This document shows positions 30,600 to 43,658 of a stretch of DNA of 64,000 nt, piece after piece. Position 1 is the stretch's first letter. The number at the start of each line of letters is the position of its first letter. The notes under the pieces are model-generated. The model did not search any database, had not been told where the DNA came from, and was given only the letters and a program-made list of their open reading frames with translations. Source of the DNA: Octopus vulgaris (taxonomy: Eukaryota); contig OX597833.1 of the NCBI GenBank assembly GCA_951406725.2, forward strand, positions 67,084,001 to 67,148,000, read 5' to 3'. A program made the position numbers and the translations under genes.

Positions 30600-30802
30600 T
30601 AGGCACAAGTCCTCCAAAATGTTTGGGGGAAGGGGGCAGTCGATAACCTCAACCCCTGTGGGAAATTGGTACTTATTTAATCGACCCCTAAAGGATGAAA
30701 GGCAAAGTCAACCTCGGCGGAATTTGAACTCAGAACGTAGCGGCAGGCGAAATATCTCTAAGCATTTCACCCGGCGTGCTAACGTTTCTGTTAGCTCACC
30801 GC
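30597..30802 (-). mobile_element. SINE family B
   Basis: Match to the family B head and body. Confidence 0.85.
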
Positions 30803-31178
30803 GTTCGTTATATATACAGCGTGTTCAAAAATTCTCTCCATACTGAAACGGAAATCAGCCTAGTAAATGCTCACACGGCAGTAAAACAGAAATTTAATTT
30901 CTTTCCATATAAAATTGCTGGCCATTCAAGAATTGAAGAGTACGGATCATGCTAAAAGGCTTCATATTTAATTTACAGAAGTTTATCTTTGTGATATGCC
31001 AGTAATTCTTGAAGGCTGAAATATGATCGGAAGCAGAAGGTATTTGGGTTGTGATCCTTGCTATATTAAAGCCAATACTTTCGCGGTGAGAGACCTTCTG
31101 AGAAAACGAGTCATATCATTTGAGCGGCGACACTGAGGAAGCTAGTTTATCCCCAATCGAATTTGCGCAATCCGAGAT

Positions 31179-31216
<38 letters not shown>

Positions 31217-31247
31217 GAAAGAACGACGAATTAACAAAATTCCTTTA

Positions 31248-31330
31248 TTTTCGACATATGTTTCGAAGGCTGCATATACCTAATTTCAAAGGAATAAGGG
31301 GTGCATTATGCCGCATTCTCATCAGGAAAA
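31248..31330 (-). ncRNA. Type I hammerhead ribozyme with an intact core
   Basis: uuuuc CUGAUGA gaaugcggcaua...uaugcagccuuc GAAAC auau GUC gaaaa. Confidence 0.85.
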
Positions 31331-31510
31331 ACAAGGAACTTATGTCAGCATCAAGATGCACAAAAACTTTTAGATGACTGCCCACACGGATTTTTGACGT
31401 CACTGCTTATAACGGAATATTTTAAAGAAACACTCATTATCACTATGGGCTCCGCGTGGGCAGTCATCTAAAAGTTTTTGTGCATCTTGATGCTGACATA
31501 AGTTCCTTGT

Positions 31511-31580
31511 TTTTCCTGATTAGAAGGCCCTTTTTCCTTCGAAATTAGGAATATGCAGCCTTCGAAACATATGTCGAAAA
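31511..31580 (+). ncRNA. Type I hammerhead ribozyme, mutated copy (G8U)
   Basis: uuuuc CUGAUUA gaaggc...gccuuc GAAAC auau GUC gaaaa. Confidence 0.75.
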
Positions 31581-31782
31581 TAAAGGAATGTTGTTAATTC
31601 GTCGTTCAACTCCATTCTTTCATTTATTTGTATTTAAAAAAACACACAAATTTCCACACGAAAGCACGTGATCTCTGCCCTTGACATGTAGCTTCAACCG
31701 TGTTTTTCTGACGTGGATTTGCTACCCAGGTATTGGTTAACCGAATTATCCATAATAAGATAATTCATTCAACTACTCAAAC

Positions 31783-31813
<31 letters not shown>

Positions 31814-32824
31814 GAAATGAGGTAATCAGATCGGATGGTTCATATTTATATGGTTCATATGTATATCGGATGGTTCATATATATATATATATATATACCC
31901 GATCTTATACTATTATCTTTTATTAGCCATATACTGTATACAATATTATATTGATTGATCCTTCTGGTGCAACCATATTACTCATCGATAATTTAACTTC
32001 ACCAATCAAATCCACTTTTTTATAATTTCAGTAACCTTCGCATATTTATATAAAATATAAAAAAACTTAAAAACAATAAGTCTTCCTTCGTTGGACATTC
32101 ATTTTGCGATATACCCGTAGGATGGCTGTCCTAGCATAGAGAGTAACTTCGGAAATCGTAAACCTGCCGACGTGTATCCCTGTTCAGCGATGTTTACAAG
32201 TTTACCTTTTTCATTAGAAGAGGGGAAATAGAACAAAATAACGCCATCAATAATGGGCTGATAACTTATGTATCGACTTCGTATGGATGGGAGAAAATAT
32301 TGGCTTTCACAGGATTGGAACTCAGCGATTAGAGAGTGGAACAAATTCTGCAAAGCGTTCAACACAAATTACTAAAATCTCTCCTAAATCGCCACCATAT
32401 TATACAGTCTCAAACAGCTAAAATACTATTATGAGAAAATATCAGCTTAAGAAAATATCTATGGAGTTTTATTTTTTAATTAATCATTAAATCAAAATTA
32501 ACTGATTAATTAATTAATTGGAAAATAATTAATTTATTAGCTGGATTAAGCTTCCTGTTTTTAATGATTACGAAAGTATAGAATTTTTATGCAATACGGA
32601 TAAACTTGCTAAGACTGGAAAAGGAGTGGCAACGATTTTGAGGCGAAACATTTCTATTATACGATTATTTTCACAAATGCAAGAAAATAAAGAGGATTTC
32701 AGGAAGGATTTATGTATTTTACTTGGAATAACAAGCTAAAGAGAAAGAAATGAAATACTGAGAAAATGGTTTGCTGGTATCGTCAGCTGTTATCTTGCGA
32801 TTTAATTATATTAAATCATGATAC

Positions 32825-32941
<117 letters not shown>

Positions 32942-33233
32942 CACACAACATTGGAGAACGAAATACTTCGATAAATGGATTATGGTAAAAAAAAAAGATA
33001 ATTTTAAATCCACTGTCTGTTTTGGAAAATACAAAAAAAAAAAACGTTTCGTTTGGTTTAAAATATTTGAAATAATTTAAATTTGATTAAAAAGGAGGTG
33101 GAGAAATTTGATATCAAGTTTGCATGTAGAAGAGAAACCTAGATTTAATTTTATAGGTGATGGATGTATGGAAGAGCTATTTTACCTGCATTGATAACTA
33201 ATTCATTGGTCTTTCATTATGCGTAACGTGAAA

Positions 33234-33620
33234 GGCGATGAGCTAGCACAAACGTTAGCACGCCGATAAATTAAATACCAGTACAATTAAGTAGCAGTCG
33301 ATAAATTAAGTACCAATTGCGTACTGGATCGATCTAATCGACTGGGCCCCTCCCCGAAAATTTCCTCCTTGTGCCTAGAGTAGAAATGTATATTTTAGAA
33401 GACCAAAGCAGCGAAATGGCAGGAAAATTATCAGGCCGGGCGAAATGCTTAGCTGTATTTCGTCTGTCTTTTATGTTCTGAGTTCAAATTCCGCCGAGGT
33501 CGACTTTGCTTTCATCCTTACGAGCTCAATAAATTTACTACCAGCTGCGTACTGGTGTCGATCTGATCGACTCGGCCTGTTCCCCAAATTTTCGTCCTTG
33601 TGCCTAGAGTAGAAAAGAAT
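33234..33620 (+). mobile_element. Two SINE family B copies
   Basis: ggcgatgagctagcacaaacgttagcacgccg and gttctgagttcaaattccgccgaggtcgactttgc. Confidence 0.8.
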
Positions 33621-33975
33621 ATCTTACAAGACCAAAGCGGCGTGTGTGTGATTTAGAGGTTGAAAAACCAACTAAGGGATAGTACCTATCCAATACACTG
33701 CTGGTAGTGTACCCGATTATTCATTGTCAAGGGCTAGTTATTGCATAGCAATCTCGCAATTGAGTATTATTTATGAGGGGAGGGTAAAAAAAGTGATTTA
33801 CCCATGAGTTATACAAGTAAGAAGACGGAGAGGATATAAAATCGACAGATATCAGCCAGTAAACATTGAAATATGTCTATTTATTCAATTGTATTGGATA
33901 AATACACAGACATGTACGTGTGATACAGATTAACGAGGGGAAAAACCCTTGTGCGTCGATTTTGTACATGAAAAT

Positions 33976-34194
33976 TCACTCACAAGGCTTTGGTCGGCCC
34001 GTGGCTATAGTAGAAGACACTTGCCCACGGTGCCACGCAGTTGGACTGAATACGGAGCCATGTGGTTGGGAAGCAAGCTACTTACCACACACCCACACCT
34101 GCGCCAATATATGTATATAGGTAGTGTATATATCGTTAGATGCATACGCATATATATATATATTACATATCTATATATGTATATATATGTAATC

Positions 34195-34256
<62 letters not shown>

Positions 34257-34660
34257 CTCTTTTACTTGTTTCAGTCATTTAACTGCGGCCATGCTGGAGC
34301 ACCGCCTTTAATCGAGCAACTCGACCCCGGGACTTATTCTTTTGTAAGCCCAGTACTTATTCTATCGGTCTCTTTTGCCGAACCGCTAAGTAACGGGGAC
34401 GTAAACACACCGGCATCGGTTGTCAAGCAATGCTAGGGTGACAGAGACACACAGACACACAAACACACATATATATATATATATATACATATATACGACA
34501 GGCTTCTTTCAGTTTCCATCTACCAAATCCACTCACAAGGCATTGGTCGGCCCGGGGCTATAGTAGAAGACACTTGCCCAAGGTGCCACGCAGTGGGACT
34601 AAACCCAGAACCATGTGGTTGGTAAGCAAGCTACTTACCACACAGCCACTCCTGCGCCTA
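33976..34660 (-). mobile_element. SINE family A: head fragment (33976-34106) and full copy (34255-34660)
   Basis: Reverse complement of family A. Confidence 0.9.
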
Positions 34661-35083
34661 TATATATATATATATGTAAATATATATATATATATATATA
34701 CTTATATATATATTCACGTATTATAAACCTCTACACGGATTTTCAAAGTTTTCTGCACTCCACCCATTTCGTGTATATAATCTTACTATCATTCTTAATA
34801 TAAGTAGGACTCTATAACTTACGTATTTAATATATATTCTTAGCATGTCTATATCTCTGTCTCCCTATATTTTTTATATCTTTTCAATATACTTTTAAAT
34901 GTATTTATATATTTACATATTTATTTTTAGGATGTGATTTTGTGCTCATAATACTTTCAGAAGAGAATATATTTTAGTAACTTATCTTTTGTTTCTCATA
35001 ATTTTTCTCCGTATTTTCCTCTGGCTCAAATATAGTAAGTACATCGATGTGTTCTACATATAGAGAAGATTTTATCTCTAGAA

Positions 35084-35141
<58 letters not shown>

Positions 35142-35157
35142 AGATAGATAGATAGCT

Positions 35158-35221
<64 letters not shown>

Positions 35222-35252
35222 ATATATACATATACACACATATATATATGTA

Positions 35253-35293
<41 letters not shown>

Positions 35294-35296
35294 CTA

Positions 35297-35332
<36 letters not shown>

Positions 35333-35363
35333 ATATATACATATACACACATATATATATGTA

Positions 35364-35473
<110 letters not shown>

Positions 35474-35769
35474 CATCAAGAGACTGTTTGTGCGAGAACT
35501 AAATTAAATCAGAAATTGATATAAAGCGAGAAAGGTAAAGAGAAAGTTGGGTATTCATAGAGAGGAAGAGCGAGAGAGATAGAGGATGGGAGAGAGATAA
35601 CGAAAATGAGAGTGAAATACATAGAGTGATTCTGTTTGAAATCGTGGCTGAGAGAATGTCAAAGGTGAATCGGTGTAAAATAAAAGGTATCCTTGTTCGT
35701 TGAAAAATATGCGAAATATGATACAATCCTTATCGTCCATATGAAATATCCTTGTCAAAAATTACTTTC

Positions 35770-36217
35770 TCCTCTACCCTTCATCCTCACCCTCTTCTTC
35801 ATCCCCTCCGCCCTCTTTCTTCTTTTTCTTCTTCTTTTTCTTCTTATTTTTCTTCTGCTTTTTCTTCTTCTTCTACTACTCCTCCTTCTTCTTCTTCTTC
35901 TTCTTCTTCTTCTTCTTCTTCTTCTCCTTCTTCTTCTTCTTCTTCTTCTTCTTCTTCTTCTTCTTCTTCTTCTTCTTCTACCTCTCCTTCTTCTTCTTCT
36001 TCTTCTTCTTTTTTTCTTCTTTTTCTTCTTATTCTTCTTATTTTTCTTCTTCTTCTTCTTCTTCTTCTTTTTCTTCTTCTTCTTCTTCTTCTTCTTCTCC
36101 TCCTCCTCCTTCTTCTACTACTCCTTCTTCTCGTCCTCCTCGTCCTCCTCCTTATTCTTCTTCTTCTTCGTTTTTTCCTCCTCCTTCTCCACCCTCCTCA
36201 CCCTCGTTCTTCTCTTA

Positions 36218-36248
<31 letters not shown>

Positions 36249-36252
36249 TTCT

Positions 36253-36287
<35 letters not shown>

Positions 36288-36292
36288 TTCTT
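35770..36292. repeat. (CTT)n/(CCT)n polypyrimidine tract
   Basis: Direct reading. Confidence 0.95.
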
Positions 36293-36514
36293 GACCTGCA
36301 TGTGGAATCTGCGAACATTGCACATTTTGATTTAATCCTTCAAAACTATTCACACTTATCTCTTACGTAATGATGTAATGTCAGAGAGTTAAATAAACAC
36401 TGATATTTAACGCCCAACGATGAATGTCTTCCGTCAAATTCGACAGAAATAATCTTTCTTTCGGTTTCGACCAAATTTATTTCTCTCATATCACATCCTC
36501 CTTTTCCTGACCAG

Positions 36515-36700
36515 TACTTCTATTTCAAAGGGCCAGTCCTGTCCTGTTCGGGAGTGTCAAGATGAATCATCCTCAGAACTGCTTTAAGTGTACGCATGTC
36601 TCTGGAGCGATCAGCTATTTGAACCTTAATTTCACGAGCAGGCTGTTCCGTTGATCGCATCAACTAGGACACTCGTCGTCGCAACCGACGGATCGCCAGT
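36515..36700 (+). mobile_element. SINE family C, 3' half
   Basis: ttaatttcacgagcaggctgttccgttgatc...ctcgtcgtcgcaaccgacgga. Confidence 0.75.
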
Positions 36701-37166
36701 ATGTTTTCTACTTCTGTTTCCCTGAGTTTCTCTCCGATAATCTCATCATATCAATAATATATTTGTCTTTCGTTCTCTGACACTCTCTCACTATCTCTTA
36801 TTCATCTCACCACCTCTCAATTATGCTCTCCTTTTCCTTCTTTTTCTCCCTATTAATCGATTATTTTTCACTTTCCTCTCTTTCAACTAAAAAGCAGCAA
36901 AATGATTTCTCGACCTACAACACGCAAGAGCCAATTTCCTTCCAAATCCGTCTTTTAAGAATGAAGGGCGTAATCAATGATAGGAATTCTACATTCGCTA
37001 TGCTTGAGAACTGGTTGTCAGCTGACAAATCCTGAGAACGTTGAATATAACATCACATAACATATATTTTCATTTCCTTGTTTTAGTCATTTCACTGCGG
37101 CCATGCTGGAGCAACACCTGTAGTCGAACAAATCAACCCCAAGACTTATTCTTTTTTAAGCCTAGT

Positions 37167-37214
37167 ACTTAGGTATTTTCGATGTTATTATTATCATCAT
37201 CATTATTGTTATTA

Positions 37215-37265
<51 letters not shown>

Positions 37266-37331
37266 TCACTGCCTGGAATCGAACTCAGAAACTTGGGGTT
37301 AGTAGCCCGCGCTTTTAACCACTACGCCATA
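37167..37331 (-). mobile_element. tRNA-headed element: head, (AAT)n and start of body
   Basis: A box TGGCGTAGTGG and B box GAGTTCGATTCC at 37261-37331, then (AAT)n, then aacatcgaaaatacct. Confidence 0.8.
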
Positions 37332-37332
37332 T

Positions 37333-37354
37333 GGCAGTGAGCTGAATAATAATG

Positions 37355-37442
<88 letters not shown>

Positions 37443-37636
37443 TAATAGTAATAATAATAATAATAAAAATAATAATAATAAAAATAACATCGAGAATACC
37501 TTAGGAATAAGATCCCAGGTTCGAAATTTCCCCAAGACACTTGATGAAGGCGGGAGGGTATATCAGTCGAAACGTTGTGTTAATAGCAAACATGATGAGG
37601 ACAAATATCCGTCAAATGTAAATAATGTAAATAAGC
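37333..37636 (+). mobile_element. Same element in opposite orientation: end of head, (AAT)n, body with minimal HHR (37536-37581), TGTAAATAA tail
   Basis: gacac UUGAUGA a ggcgg-gaggguauau-caguc GAAACGUU guguu; homologue at 18115-18395. Confidence 0.8.
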
Positions 37637-37970
37637 ATAGCATTTTTCTCTACTTCTATGTATAAATCAGCTCTGCTAGATTACAGGACAGTGAATCTAT
37701 CCACTTTTAATCAGCACTGAATCCTCTGTGAGCAGATGTAATTATTCATGAAGCATAGTTTTTTCATTACCTCTCAACAACAATAATATCAATAAGAACA
37801 ATAAATAAACTCATGGTATCAATCTATCGCAACTGCTTAATTTAAATGATAGAATTGTATTATTCTAGAGTTTCTTTTAAAGTGCTAACTGAGATTGAAA
37901 TAATTGCCAAAGAAAAAAATAGAGAAAAATAAAAGAAAAAGTAAAAAAAAAAGTTGTTATATTACACAAT

Positions 37971-38389
37971 ATAGGCGCAGGAGTGGCTGTGTGGTAAGTA
38001 GCTTGCTAACCAACCACATGGTTCCGGGTTCAGTCCCACTGCGTGGCATCTTCGGCAAGTGTCTTCTGCTATAGCCCCGGGCCGACAAATGCCTTGTGAG
38101 TGGATTTGGTAGACGGAAACTGAAAGAAGCCTGTCGTATATATATGTATATATATATATATATGTATGTATGTGTTTGTGTGTCTGTGTTTGTCCCCCTA
38201 GCATTGCTTGACAACCGATGCTGGTGTGCTTATGTCCCCGTCACTTAGCAGTTCGGTAAAAAGAGACCGATAGAATAAGTACTGGGCTTACAAAAGAATA
38301 AGTCCCGGGATCGACTTGCTCGACTAAAAAGGCGGTGCTCCAACATGGCCGCAGTCCAATGACTGAAACAAGTAAAAGAGTAAAAGAGT
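37971..38389 (+). mobile_element. SINE family A, full length
   Basis: Match to family A. Confidence 0.92.
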
Positions 38390-38709
38390 AATTAATTTTA
38401 GTTAGTTTTTCGAAACGCCAGTCTGCAACACATGCAAGTTTTTTGAAATTGCAGCATCGACACCTTCCGTTCCATTCTTTCGAAGTAAATGTAAAATCTA
38501 CAGAATGTTTCGTTAAGAATTATTATCCGTCGATATTCATAGTAATTTTCGAAAATAATATTTAGTAGTATTTAAAAAGCATTTCACTGCACATAATACA
38601 TATAGCGAAAAATCTCTACACAATTGTTTCATAACTTATTACGGCAAACACACAAAATATTGGAAATATAAATGCACCTCACTCTCTCTCTATCTCTCTC
38701 GCTCTCTTT

Positions 38710-39133
38710 ATACATACATACATCCAGACATACATACATACATTCATATATACATACATACATACATACATACATACATCCAGACATACATACACACATT
38801 CATATATACATACCTACATACATACATTCATACATACATACATACATACATACATCCAGACATACATACATACATTCATATATACATACCTACATACATA
38901 CATTCATACATACATACATACATACATACATACATACATACATCAGACATACATACATACATACATATATACATATATACATACATACATATATACATAT
39001 ATACATACATACATACATACACACATTCATACATACATACATACATACATTCATACATACAGATATACATACATACATACATACATATATACATACATTC
39101 ATACATACAGACATACATACATACATACATTCA

Positions 39134-39167
<34 letters not shown>

Positions 39168-39243
39168 CATACATAAATACATACATACAAACATACATAC
39201 ATACATACATACATACATTCATACATACATACATACATACATG

Positions 39244-39275
<32 letters not shown>

Positions 39276-39307
39276 CATACATATATACATTCATATATAC
39301 ATACATA
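38710..39307. repeat. (CATA)n tetranucleotide array, ~600 nt
   Basis: Direct reading. Confidence 0.95.
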
Positions 39308-39561
39308 CTCTGGGGAAAATAAATTTAAGACTGATGATAAAAGTTCTATTTCTTACAAAATATTTTGTTACTAAAACCATACTAATTTAGCATTAGAATT
39401 CTTCAGGTTGTATAAAAATAATTATTGTCTGCATCATGTGACAGAGAAATAAATTCTGCATAAGGTGTAAAAGATAAAAATAATTTGTATGGTGCTAGTA
39501 ATAAAATATTTTGTAAGAAATAGAATTTTTATCATCGGTCTTAAATTTCTTTTCGCCAGTG
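39308..39561. mobile_element. Tc1/mariner-type MITE
   Basis: ~75-bp terminal inverted repeats (ctctggggaaaataaatttaagactgatgataaaa / ttttatcatcggtcttaaatttcttttcgccagtg) flanked by TA on both sides. Confidence 0.75.
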
Positions 39562-39580
39562 TATATGTATATATATATAA

Positions 39581-39864
39581 AAACTACTTATAAATAAAGG
39601 CGAACGAAAAAATTTCTAATGCCAAATATGCCGAAAAATTGAGCATGTTGTCCATTATCATATAATTTTTCACAGAACGCACGCTACTCGGACCCTGAAA
39701 TCGGTCCGATATGGTAATAATGGAATTTTTTTAGAAATTTCTGTCGCTTTTTTTCGAGTAGCGTGCGTTCTATGAAAAATTATATGGTAATGGACAATAT
39801 GTCCAATCTTTCGGCCTATTTGGCATAAGAAATCTTTTCGTTTGCCCTTATTTATAAGTAGTTT
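39581..39864. repeat. Inverted repeat (110-bp arms, 64-nt spacer) in a (TA)n-flanked element extending to ~39947
   Basis: aaactacttataaataa...gaacgcacgctactcg / cgagtagcgtgcgttc...ttatttataagtagttt. Confidence 0.88.
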
Positions 39865-39957
39865 ATAATTTTAACCTTTAAAAGGTATTTTTTAATATGC
39901 TGGGCATTGATAAAATTTTTTTTTGAAAAAAATTTATACTACATTAAATATATATAT

Positions 39958-40029
<72 letters not shown>

Positions 40030-41394
40030 GCAAATAAGAAAATGGACAGGGTACAAAACGGCAAGCATCATCCGGTAGAGATTCCAGTGTGTCTATTCCA
40101 AAGCATTAGAAAGTATTCGAAGAAAATATACACATGCAGTAACTATGTGTTACACGCACGTGTTAGTGTTTACAGAAAAGAGCAAGAGAGGAGTTCCTGA
40201 CGGTCGTTTCTTCCAAGAGCCAATGATATCCTCCATGCCATGTCCACCTCTGTAAATATATATATGTATATATACGTATTTCAAAATAGAAAATTACCCT
40301 TTCACAGGTAATTTTTACATGCTATAAATAGCAGCCAAACACGGCCAAAAACCACAATTTAATAGCAAATTTCGAAGTACATGAAAAATATAAACCTTTA
40401 CCTTGTTATATAATGGTTATACCAATGGTTTCGAATTTCTTTAGTGGTGATACTTATAACGAGTATTCGCCACCCTATATATATATGTATATATGAGGCC
40501 GTCGAGAGGTAGGCCCCGAAACGGTGCGCATTTTCCCCTGATGATCTCATACACTTGCTGGTGTCCGGTAGCACTTGCATCAGCAAGTTGTTTGCAAGAC
40601 ACGTACACACACACACACGTACACACACTCACACACACACACACACGCTGTCATATAGTTGCAATTTATAGGTAAACAAAAGACGAAGACAGGAGTTTGA
40701 TCAACAAGAATGTGTATTAGTTTGACGCTCGGGAAAAGGAAAAAAAAATATTTTACGTTAGGTGACAAATTTATGTCTTTGAAGAGTAAATATAAATAGA
40801 GAGTGAGAGAGGGAGAGAGAAGGAGAGAGAGAGAGGGGGAAGAGAGTATATGTCTCCAGTATTGGATTATCACTTTATTTATCGTCTCCCGAGATTTGAC
40901 GGATTCGAACCCTAAGGGACAGTATCAACAATGTGATCCATTTCTCGCGAGTCTCTAACGACGCTACCACATTCAGATATATGCAGACACACACAAATGA
41001 TGCACAAATGTCTGCAAAATGCATATATTCATGAAAACATATGTCCTTAGCTTCCGTAAAATACGGGAAAGGATTACATTAGAGTTAATAGGATACAGCA
41101 TTTCTATGTTATATTTCGAGAAAGCACTCTCTTCTCTTCATCCTTCTCTCTTTCGCGCTGTCTGCCTCCCTGTCTGTCTCTCTGTCTGTCCGTTTGTCTG
41201 CCTCTCTCTCTTTCTCTCTCTCTCTCTTCCTTTCTTTAGGGATTTTACCTGGAATATATTATTGTGGAATACAGCGATCAGGTTGTTATCAAGCGATTCA
41301 TTCTTTTATCGAGTGTTCACCTATGTCAGAAGACATTCTCATCACCATCAGTACATCTTTTTGTTTCTTTTCTTCAGAAACACACACACACCTG

Positions 41395-41427
<33 letters not shown>

Positions 41428-41474
41428 TTCCACTTTGTCTCTTTGGGGATTTAACATGGAAAAAAGACGAAGAT

Positions 41475-41860
41475 AAGGCTCTGTGGTTAAAAAACTACAC
41501 ATTTATGTGCGCAGTAATTTTTTTTAGATATTAGTCCTACTGACAGCGCTTCGACCAAGCCATCTATTCATCTACTTGTTCGTGGCCTGACAATGACTTT
41601 ACGATTTAATTGGGTTGACGGAAACTGTACGGAATCCCATTGTATACAAATGTGCATGTGTCTGTTTGTCACTGTCTCTCATCACTTGACAACCAATGAT
41701 AGTTTGTTTATATCCCTTCAACTTAGCAGTTCGGTCAAAATGTACAAATGTAATACATACTAGGATTAAAACAATTGCTGGGGGTCGATACGGTCGGCAG
41801 TGCTACAGCATGGCCACAATAACCTAGGGATTGGAAGAAGCATTAAAATGAAAGAGTTTA
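41475..41860 (+). mobile_element. SINE family A, old degenerate copy
   Basis: gacggaaactg, cacttgacaacc, acttagcagttcgg and cagcatggcc landmarks. Confidence 0.65.
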
Positions 41861-42140
41861 TGAGTAATTCAAAGGACTATTATCTCACTGACTGTCGCTG
41901 ACTCAGCCTGAGAATCGCATCAAGGTAAGAGTCAACGGGGTACCCAACCATTTACATAATAAAGGTGTCCCTCATTGTCTAATTTTGTAGCGTTTGGATT
42001 AAAGGTTATTTAGCTGTGATTTCTAGCAAATTGCATCGACCACACAGAGGTTGCCTCAATTGACTTCTTTCTTGATAATTGCTTTCTTCACTGTTGTTTT
42101 TGTTGTTGTTGAGAGGGTTGTTTTCGTTCGTATCAAGTCA

Positions 42141-42342
42141 TTCTTGATAAAGCAGACCCACGATCAAACAAATTCCAACCACGACCATCCCGCTTTCTTT
42201 TTAATTCCAGAAAAGTAATTATCTTATCGAAATGATTCTGCCTACATTCTTGATAAAGCAGACCCACGATCAAACAAATTCCAACCTTGACCATCCCGTT
42301 TTTTTTTTAAATTCCAGAAAAGTAATTACCTCATCGAAATGT
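42141..42342 (+). repeat. Tandem duplication, period ~107 nt
   Basis: ttcttgataaagcagacccacgatcaaacaaattccaacc...atcgaaatg occurs twice. Confidence 0.9.
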
Positions 42343-42884
42343 TCCTTCCTTCATTTTGAAACTGTAACACGGAGGTGTAGCGTAGATTTAACTATTATCT
42401 TTAGCACCATGGACTGACCACATTGAAGCTATTCCGTTTGCTTATGTATTGGTATTTAGAATATTTCACTTCATGCTTTAAAAATTAGAAAGACGTCTGT
42501 ATTTTCAAACGTAGCCGTTGTACAGAAATATATATATACACACATATATATATATATGTATGAGGCATATTATCAGACATTTAAGTTTATACCATTTGCA
42601 TCGGTGGTTTTCTGATATTTCATTCTTTCAAATTATCTACTGAGCTGGATTTGATATGTTTTATGTTGGAGAAAACTAAAGTTAATTCATTTACGTAATA
42701 TAGAGATCCACGGGGAAGTTACTGGAGCCACCAAGCTATAGCGATAACGAGAATAGCGGATAATTTATCTTTCCATATAAAATGCTTGTTGAGGCATGTC
42801 GGCGGCTGCTGCAATTTCTGCTCGTCCAGCATGTTCCCAAGATTTCCCAAACTCTGAGTTTATTCTCCGGGTGAATTAAATTAA

Positions 42885-43300
42885 ATAGGCGCAGGAGTGG
42901 CTGTGTGGTAAGTAGCTTGCTTACCAACCACATGGTTCCGGGTTCAGTCCCACAGCGTGGCACCTTGGGCAAGTGTCTTCTACTATAGCCTCGGGCCGAC
43001 CAAAGCCTTGTGAGTGGATTTGATAGACGGAAACTGAAAGAAGCCTGTCGTATATATGTATATATATATATATGTATGTGTGTGTGTGATTGTGTGTCTG
43101 TGTTTGTCCCCCTAGCATTGCTTGACAACCGATGCTGGTGTGTTTATGTCCCCGTCACTTAGCGGTTCGGCAAAAGAGACCGATAGAATAAGTACTAGGC
43201 TTACAAAGAATAAGTCCCTGGGTCGAGTAGCTCGATTAAAGGTGGTACTCCAGCATGGCCGCAGTCAAATGACTGAAAGAAGTAAAAGAGTAAAGAGAGT
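42885..43300 (+). mobile_element. SINE family A, full length
   Basis: Match to family A. Confidence 0.92.
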
Positions 43301-43658
43301 AACCCAATGCAGGAATCGTGAGTTCGATTTCTCTCAAGGTTTTCGCTCTCAAATACGCTGAATCTTTGGCACATCTTAGTTGAGATTCATGACAGTCCTC
43401 ATATACGTAGATATATGTTCTTGCAACAGTTTGATTTTGTCTTCCCTGGAATATTGCGTTGGTTGCGATGTTGCGTCCAACAGTATGATTCGAACCTGGA
43501 GACGGAATATGAACTCCGAACAGATTATTGAAACGCTTATAAAAGAACATGATCAGAATTTTATTAATTCGCAGCTTGGGATCGATTCTTTATTTATCGA
43601 GGCAGACAGAATGAAAAACAAAGTTATCCTTCGTAGGATCGAAACACTATTTTCAGCC

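Larger units (their letters stand above)
31213..31625. repeat. Inverted repeat (arms 31213-31390 and 31451-31625) of a (TA)n-flanked element extending to ~31782
   Basis: Arms are reverse complements with two indels; each carries an HHR. Confidence 0.92.

Noticed and set aside
37261-37331. Possible tRNA gene
   Set aside because: It has A and B boxes but no convincing acceptor stem and runs into (AAT)n and an element body, so it is a SINE head. The same applies to the heads at 50262 and 52109.
37957-38214. Recurrent peptides such as [35 protein letters not shown] and [19 protein letters not shown]
   Set aside because: They are antisense translations of SINE family A, not a gene family
39324-39345. 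CTGATGA in the MITE arm
   Set aside because: It is part of the TIR (the other arm reads CCGATGA) and has no HHR stems
40490-40545. ggcc...ggcc-cc-GAAAC and a nearby CTGATGA
   Set aside because: The core elements are in the wrong order or truncated by (TA)n; I could not build a three-way junction
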